DNA of 61,564 bases, the filler included. It is 3 parts of 3 records of this genome, joined end to end, with 100 filler letters (N's around TTAATTAATTAA, not from the genome) between each part and the next. Parts side by side here need not be neighbours in the genome. Positions count along the whole stretch, not along the records: positions 52,933 to 61,564 come from DRR723986_9979; 2 more parts are not named here. One strand, written 5' to 3'. This document shows positions 56,027 to 61,564 of the stretch, piece by piece (position 1 is the stretch's first letter; the number at the start of each line of letters is the position of its first letter). The notes beneath the pieces are model-generated. The model worked only from the letters and a program-made list of their open reading frames with translations. It did not search any database and was not told where the DNA came from. The position numbers and the translations under genes are program-made.

Positions 56027-57793
56027 ATGGACTGGCAAGGATGGTTTTCCCTGGGGTTGGCGCTTAGCGCCCTGCTATTGATGAGTTCAGGCCGCTTTGC
56101 ACCGCATCTGGTGATGATGGCGGTGCTTGTGGTGCTCAGTGCCAGTGGCATCATCTCCGCCGATCAGGCGCTGGCCGGATTCAGTAACAGCGGCTTGATC
56201 ACCGTGGTGGCTATGTTTGTGGTGGCCGCAGGCATTCATCATTCCGGCGGCGTCGATCTGCTGGTTAACCATCTGCTTCGCAATCCCAAATCGGTCCGTT
56301 CCGCGCAGGCTCGCATAGCGCTGCCGGTTTCCCTGCTGAGTGGCTTCCTCAACAATACACCGGTGGTTGCCACCATGATTCCCGCCGTCCATGCCTGGTC
56401 CCGGAAGATCGGTATTTCACCCTCCAAGTTGATGATTCCGCTGAGTTACTCAGCGATTCTGGGCGGCACACTGACACTGATTGGCACCAGCACCAATCTG
56501 GTTGTGAATGGCCAGTATCAGCAGTTGACCGGTGAGGCCGGGTTCTCGATCTTCTCCATTACAGCGGTTGGTTTGCCGGTGGCCGTTATCGGGCTTGCGG
56601 TCATGCTTCTGGTCATGCCGCGGGTGCTGCCAGACCGTAAGGATCAGCAGAAATTTGGCTCCATGAGGGAGTTTACGCTGGAAGTGGCGGTGTCCTTTGA
56701 AGGTCCGCTGGTGGGCCGGACCGTGGGTGAAGCCGGCTTGCGGGAACTGGAGCGATTGTATCTGGTGGAAATCGAGCGGGATGGCAGTGTGGTCACTGCC
56801 GTCCCCTCGGAAGAACGGCTGCGTGGCGGTGATCGGCTGGTGTTTGCGGGCGATACCCAGGCGATCTCAGACCTGTTGCGCATCAATGGCATTGTGCCGT
56901 CGGTGCACGACGATGAGCCCAGTCTCAGTCAGGATCGTGCGGAGCGGCGGTTGGTGGAAGCCGCTTTGTCTCCGCAATCGGATGTGCTGGGCCTGACCAT
57001 CCGGGACGCGAGGTTCCGGGACCGTTACGGCGCCGTGGTGCTGGCGGTGGCCCGGGGCGGCGAGCGTGTGTCAGGCAACCTCGGCAACATTCGCCTGAAA
57101 CCCGGCGACGTCCTGCTGCTTGAGGCGCGTCCGGCCTTCGTCAGCCGTCAGCGCTACAACAAGGATTTTCTGCTCATCAACGACCTGGAAACGGAAACGC
57201 CCCGACATGACCGGGCCTGGCTTTCCTGGGGGATCCTGCTTGTGTTGGTGAGCCTGGCGGCCTGCGGGGTGATGAGTATGCTCAACGCCGCCTTACTGGG
57301 AGCCGCTCTGATGATCCTGTCTGGCTGCTGCTCGGTGGGGCAGGCTCAGAAATCGGTGGATGTGCCGGTCATCCTCACCATCGCAGCGTCCTTTGCGCTG
57401 GGAGCGGCATTGGAAGAAACCGGAGCAGCGGCGTTCATGGCCGAGGGTATTCTGGCCTTCAGTGCAGGCCAGGTGCTGCTAACGCTGTTTCTCGTATACT
57501 GCGCTGTGTCGTTTCTGACCGAGGTCATCACGAACAATGCCGCAGCTGTACTGGTGATTCCCGTTGTGCTGTCGATGACCGGCAGCATGGGGGTGCCTGC
57601 AGAACCCTTTGTTATTGCAGTGATGATGGCAGCCTCCGCCAGCTTCGCTACGCCATTGGGGTATCAGACCAACATGATGGTGTTTGGTCCCGGTGGCTAC
57701 CGGTTTTCAGATTTCGTGAAAGTGGGGTTGCCCATGAATGTGCTGGTGGGGTTGGTAACGGTTGCGGTGATTGCCGTGGTTTACGGGTTGTGA
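56027..57793 (+). CDS. SLC13/DASS-type anion permease with TrkA-C domains
   Basis: 'FLNNTPVV', 'LIGTSTNL', two RCK_C-like segments, 'TPLGYQTN...GGYRFSDF'. Confidence 0.88.
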   Translation: MDWQGWFSLGLALSALLLMSSGRFAPHLVMMAVLVVLSASGIISADQALAGFSNSGLITVVAMFVVAAGIHHSGGVDLLVNHLLRNPKSVRSAQARIALPVSLLSGFLNNTPVVATMIPAVHAWSRKIGISPSKLMIPLSYSAILGGTLTLIGTSTNLVVNGQYQQLTGEAGFSIFSITAVGLPVAVIGLAVMLLVMPRVLPDRKDQQKFGSMREFTLEVAVSFEGPLVGRTVGEAGLRELERLYLVEIERDGSVVTAVPSEERLRGGDRLVFAGDTQAISDLLRINGIVPSVHDDEPSLSQDRAERRLVEAALSPQSDVLGLTIRDARFRDRYGAVVLAVARGGERVSGNLGNIRLKPGDVLLLEARPAFVSRQRYNKDFLLINDLETETPRHDRAWLSWGILLVLVSLAACGVMSMLNAALLGAALMILSGCCSVGQAQKSVDVPVILTIAASFALGAALEETGAAAFMAEGILAFSAGQVLLTLFLVYCAVSFLTEVITNNAAAVLVIPVVLSMTGSMGVPAEPFVIAVMMAASASFATPLGYQTNMMVFGPGGYRFSDFVKVGLPMNVLVGLVTVAVIAVVYGL

Positions 57794-59064
57794 TCCGCGT
57801 TGGCAAGAATATCGCAGCAGAGTACCCGCAGTTTGCCGTCCTGACGGAAGGCCAGTGACAGGGTCACGCACATATAGGCACCGGTCACGCACAGGTAGGG
57901 AGTGGTCACATGAATGTTCTCTGGCTGGGCCAGCGCCTGGCGGAGATACTGCTGGCGAAACCAGTCTGCACTGCTGGTGTTTTCCAGTGGTCGGAATCTT
58001 GGGTCCTGCTTTTTAACGGCGGACTCCGAAACCAGAGTGTCTTCCAGCTGAACGCCCTGGTCGTCCACCAGGTAGCAGCGGGAAACCGTGTGGTGGCTGA
58101 GCAGTTCAAAACAGGCCTGGTCCATGGACAGGCCCTTCTGCAGGCGCTCGATCACCCGCCGGAAAGGCCCACTGAAATGGTTGACGACCAGTTGGGTTGG
58201 ATCGTGGCTAATCTGCTTGCTGCTTTTGTACTCTTCGAGCAAATCCTCGAAATTCATTGTGCTCTGGGGCAGTTCGTCCAGCTCCAGGCAGGGCCGACGA
58301 AAGTAGAAGCCCTGTACAAAATCGACACCGGCATCAATGGCAATCATGGCCTGATCCCGGGTTTCCACTCCTTCCAGCAACACCAGGCAGCCAGATTGAT
58401 GCAGCAGGGATACCATGCCGTTCAGTATCTGCCTGGCGCGGCGATCTTCGGTTGCCCGGGTCAGCAGGGTACGGTCCAGCTTGACGATGTCCGGTGACAG
58501 ATTCCAGATGCGCTCGAAATTGGAGTGCCCGGCACCAAAATCGTCAATGGCGGTCAGACACCCCAGTTTGCGGTAGTAGGCAACGGTATCCCGTAGCCGT
58601 TCAGCATCGTCGGTTGGCTGTTCAACGATTTCCATTACGATTCGATGTGGCGGCAGCCCGGTTTTCTCAAGCAATTGTCCAAAAAAGGAATCGGATTGAG
58701 AGCCGGAGGTGACCACCCTCGGGGAGACGTTCAGGAACAGCCAGTTGACCTGATCCTTGATCTCGCTGTAGTTGCGAATGTGCAAGTACCGGCAGAGTCT
58801 GTCCAGCAACAGATTTTCGGCTTCGGATGCGGGCAGCTCGAACAGGTGCAAAGGCAGAACAGCTGAATTGTCGTTATCGAAGGCCCGGATCAGGGCTTCA
58901 TAACCGACGGTACGTTTGTGGGAAATGCTGTAAATCGGCTGAAGGGCGGTGCGCAGTTTGAGCCCGCGAAAATCCGCTGTCCACACCTGACCCTGCTGAT
59001 TAAGCATGGGGGAAAGCAGGTCTACTTCCGGCGCGGGTAGCGAATCGGGAAGATTGTGGGACAT
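57781..59064 (-). CDS. EAL c-di-GMP phosphodiesterase with a C-terminal YkuI-like sensor domain
   Basis: 'GYEALIR', 'LFLNVSP', 'IDDFGAGHSN', 'KLD', 'EGVE', 'QGFYF'; C-terminal 'TTPYL...CVTLS'; start uncertain. Confidence 0.85.
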   Translation of the reverse strand: MSHNLPDSLPAPEVDLLSPMLNQQGQVWTADFRGLKLRTALQPIYSISHKRTVGYEALIRAFDNDNSAVLPLHLFELPASEAENLLLDRLCRYLHIRNYSEIKDQVNWLFLNVSPRVVTSGSQSDSFFGQLLEKTGLPPHRIVMEIVEQPTDDAERLRDTVAYYRKLGCLTAIDDFGAGHSNFERIWNLSPDIVKLDRTLLTRATEDRRARQILNGMVSLLHQSGCLVLLEGVETRDQAMIAIDAGVDFVQGFYFRRPCLELDELPQSTMNFEDLLEEYKSSKQISHDPTQLVVNHFSGPFRRVIERLQKGLSMDQACFELLSHHTVSRCYLVDDQGVQLEDTLVSESAVKKQDPRFRPLENTSSADWFRQQYLRQALAQPENIHVTTPYLCVTGAYMCVTLSLAFRQDGKLRVLCCDILANADHNP

Positions 59065-59277
59065 AGGCAGGTCTGTACCCTTCAACGAATACATTGGCGC
59101 AGTACTGAAGTACACGCCAATCTGTTAGCCACTGTGCCTGTGTCCCTGGCACGGACGCCTGAAATTCAGGCGTTACCTCATCAATTCGTCGAAGGTTGCC
59201 AAAAAACAAGAACCATTACCACTACTTAATGCATAAAAGACGAAACAGTTTGTATCTTTCAGGCATTAAAACGGTGG

Positions 59278-59303
59278 TAAAGAAAACCCGGCAGTAGCCG
59301 GGT
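59278..59303 (-). terminator. Intrinsic terminator of a small transcript
   Basis: Minus strand ACCCGGC-TACT-GCCGGGT-TTTCTTT. Confidence 0.75.
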
Positions 59304-59313
59304 CTGTATCAAA

Positions 59314-59361
59314 TCAGTTGTTGCTGGGTACTACCACAGACTCGTCAAATTCAAGTTCCAT
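59314..59361 (-). CDS. Putative 15-aa peptide MELEFDESVVVPSNN
   Basis: GAGAGGA RBS 6 nt before the ATG; terminator 10 nt after the stop; CATACT -10 element upstream. Confidence 0.5.
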   Translation of the reverse strand: MELEFDESVVVPSNN

Positions 59362-59509
59362 GTCGTTTCCTCTCGGTCACTGAGGCCCCGGACGGGGCGG
59401 ATTAAAAGTATGGTTAAAGTTTATCGCTGTCATAATTTTCAACAATCCGTAAAACCGCATACGACCAAAGTGGTTGCTGTCAAGTGTTTGCGGATCGTGG
59501 ATGCTATGG

Positions 59510-59522
59510 TCAGAAAATCTGA
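59510..59522 (+). promoter_or_regulatory. LysR-type T-N11-A box upstream of cytochrome b561-yceI
   Basis: TCAGA-AAA-TCTGA dyad. Confidence 0.45.
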
Positions 59523-59644
59523 TGCAGGCCAGCAAAACATTTTGATTTTGGTCAGCTCTCTGTCCTTCTAGACTATGCTGATCTTATCTGGAGGACGTGG
59601 AAAAGCCGTTTGGGTCCACATCAGCAACGGAGGCGATTGTTTTT

Positions 59645-60193
59645 ATGCAGGCAAAGAATTCAGAAGACGCATACGGGTGGGTGGCAATCCTGCTGCATTG
59701 GCTGGTGGCCGTCACCATTATCGGCCTGTTTGCCCTGGGCTTCTGGATGGTCGATCTCTCTTATTATGATCCCTGGTACCGACAGGGGCCGGACATCCAC
59801 CGCAGCGTGGGTATTCTCCTGTTCATGGCGATGGTGCTCAGACTGGTCTGGCGGCTGTTAAGCCCGCCGCCCAGGCCTTTGCCCAATCACCAGCGCTGGG
59901 AGGTGGTTTCTGCTCACCTGGCGCATGTGGCGCTGTATCTGTTGATCTTTGTCGCCATGATCAGTGGCTATCTGATTTCAACGGCTGACGGCTCTGCGAT
60001 CCATGTGTTCGGCTGGTTTCAGGTGCCATCGGTGACAGGCCAGGTGAAAGGCCTCGAAGATACGGCGGGAGCCATCCATTACTGGAGCACCTGGGCGATT
60101 GTCGTCCTGGCCGGCGTTCATGCGCTGGGGGCGTTGAAGCATCACTTGATCGACCGGGACAGTACGCTTCGCAGAATGCTTGGGTTGGCCTGA
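59645..60193 (+). CDS. Cytochrome b561 (YceJ/CybB family)
   Basis: Heme histidines in 'LHWL', 'IHRSVG', 'IHYW', 'VHALGALKHH'; 4 TM; GGAGG RBS upstream of ATG 59645. Confidence 0.9.
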   Translation: MQAKNSEDAYGWVAILLHWLVAVTIIGLFALGFWMVDLSYYDPWYRQGPDIHRSVGILLFMAMVLRLVWRLLSPPPRPLPNHQRWEVVSAHLAHVALYLLIFVAMISGYLISTADGSAIHVFGWFQVPSVTGQVKGLEDTAGAIHYWSTWAIVVLAGVHALGALKHHLIDRDSTLRRMLGLA

Positions 60194-60253
60194 CAGTTCC
60201 GGGACAGCTAACTCTCTTAACTCAACGCAAAACAGACTCAAAAGGAGTGAATA

Positions 60254-60835
60254 ATGAAGAAGATTCTTCTGGCTTCAGCCATTTCAGCCGCGATGGTTGC
60301 CTCTGTGCAGGCAAACGAGCACAGCGGTACTTACGCCTTCGATACCCAGGGCACGCACCAGTTCGTAACCTTCAAGATTTCCCATCTGGGCTACAGCTGG
60401 CTGTACGGTCGATTCAACGATTTTGATGGTGAGTTCACCTACGATGCGGACAATCCCGAAAACAGCTCTGTATCAGTAACGATCGATACCTCCAGCGTTG
60501 ACAGCAACCATGCCGAGCGCGACAAGCATTTGCGCAGCGAAGACTTCCTGTACGTGAGTGAGTTCCCGGAAGCGACGTTCAAGAGCAAGCGCGTAGTGGT
60601 TGACGAGGCCGGTGAGGCGGACATCATTGGTGATCTGACTCTGCGTGGCGTTACCCGGGAAATCACCCTGGATGCTGAGCTGGTTGGCCACGGTGAAGAC
60701 CCCTGGGGAGGCTATCGCATGGGTTTTGAGGCTGAAACCGAGTTGCGCCTGAAGGATTTCGGCATTCCCATGGATCTTGGCAAAGCCTCCGAAACCGTGG
60801 AAATCGAAATCTCGGTAGAAGGCATTCGCCAGTAA
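60254..60835 (+). CDS. yceI: YceI family periplasmic polyisoprenoid-binding protein
   Basis: Signal peptide, 'HLGYSWLYGRF', 'ERDKHLRSEDF', 'GDLTLRGVT', 'DPWGGYRMGF'. Confidence 0.92.
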   Translation: MKKILLASAISAAMVASVQANEHSGTYAFDTQGTHQFVTFKISHLGYSWLYGRFNDFDGEFTYDADNPENSSVSVTIDTSSVDSNHAERDKHLRSEDFLYVSEFPEATFKSKRVVVDEAGEADIIGDLTLRGVTREITLDAELVGHGEDPWGGYRMGFEAETELRLKDFGIPMDLGKASETVEIEISVEGIRQ

Positions 60836-60868
60836 TCGGATCCTTCCGGCGATGACGCGGCGGTCCGG

Positions 60869-61564
60869 TTAAACCCGGAACCGCCCTGTCTGTTGTTCCA
60901 GCTCCCTGACATAGCTCTCCAGCGATTTGGCAATGCCATCGATGGCTTTGGACCGATCGGCACTGGCCGCAGCCAGATCATTGATATCAGTAATGCTCCG
61001 GTTAATTTCATCTACCACCTGAGTCTGCTCTTCGGTGGCGGACGCCACACTGGTGTTGACGTCGGTGATACTGGAGATCGCTTCCAGAATGGCCTGGAGT
61101 TCCTGTTCCGCTTCCGTTGCCAGCCGTTCGGTTTCGGTGGCCTCCTTGCTGCCGGTCTCCATCACGCTCACGACGTCCGAAACACCGGTCTGCAGTGCGG
61201 TTATCATGGTCTGAATATCTTCTGTCGACTGGCCGGTGCGTTGCGCCAGAGTACGGACTTCATCCGCCACCACGGCGAACCCACGGCCTTGCTCACCGGC
61301 CCGGGCAGCCTCAATGGCGGCGTTCAGAGCCAGCAGGTTGGTCTGCTCGGCAATGCCGCGAATGACATCCAGCACCGAAGTAATGTTGTCGGAATCCGCA
61401 GAAAGTTTGCGGATAACCTCAACCGCTTTGGAAATCTGGGCGGCTAGGCGGTGCACCTGTTTCGACGAGTTGCGGATGATCTGGGCGCTGTTGTTCCCCT
61501 TGGTTTCCGCTTCGCGAGTGATCTCTGCGGCGCGGGAGGCGTTCCCGGCTACTTCTTCAATCGC
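60869..61564 (-). CDS. Methyl-accepting chemotaxis protein, partial (C-terminal signalling domain)
   Basis: '[37 protein letters not shown]'; frame open to the window end. Confidence 0.95.
   Translation of the reverse strand, partial: AIEEVAGNASRAAEITREAETKGNNSAQIIRNSSKQVHRLAAQISKAVEVIRKLSADSDNITSVLDVIRGIAEQTNLLALNAAIEAARAGEQGRGFAVVADEVRTLAQRTGQSTEDIQTMITALQTGVSDVVSVMETGSKEATETERLATEAEQELQAILEAISSITDVNTSVASATEEQTQVVDEINRSITDINDLAAASADRSKAIDGIAKSLESYVRELEQQTGRFRV

Overview
The window is not one genomic locus. It is three unrelated bacterial contigs joined by two identical artificial 100-nt spacers (44 N + TTAATTAATTAA + 44 N, at 27114-27213 and 52833-52932). Contig 1 (1-27113) is from an alphaproteobacterium with a Caulobacter-type flagellar system. 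It holds a basal-body/motor cluster (motB-like, motE, fliM, fliL, flgFGAH, dksA, fliX, flgIJ), two flagellins, flbT-flaF, and a flagellin glycosylation island. The island has pseB, pseC, pseI, a pseF-pseG fusion and an FlmG-type transferase, plus five extra enzymes, and no pseH. Sigma54 promoters, ftr-like sites and CtrA-like sites can be read directly. Contig 2 (27214-52832) is from Bacteroidota (Algoriphagus/Cyclobacteriaceae-like). It carries dsbD, then a roughly 14.5 kb nitrate assimilation module: an outer-membrane barrel, a NirB-derived protein lacking the siroheme cysteines and fused to rubredoxin, a NasA-diaphorase fusion, a NarK/NRT2 transporter, a NarX/NarL-like pair, DUF4202 and nirBD. 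Three promoters in this module share a palindromic operator. It continues with ndk, nrnA, three FKBP lipoproteins, rpsP-rimM-trmD-rplS, tRNA-Arg(CCT) and a LacI regulator. Contig 3 (52933-61564) is GC-richer and Marinobacter-like: a partial secreted protein, a PrcB-like lipoprotein, parE, an SLC13 permease, an EAL protein, cytochrome b561, YceI and a partial chemoreceptor. It also has an unannotated small transcription unit encoding a 15-aa peptide. The best leads are the Bacteroidota nitrate module, the PseH-less flagellin glycan pathway, the 15-aa ORF and a MotB paralogue lacking the essential Asp. All family and taxon calls come from motif recognition by eye; no database searches were run.
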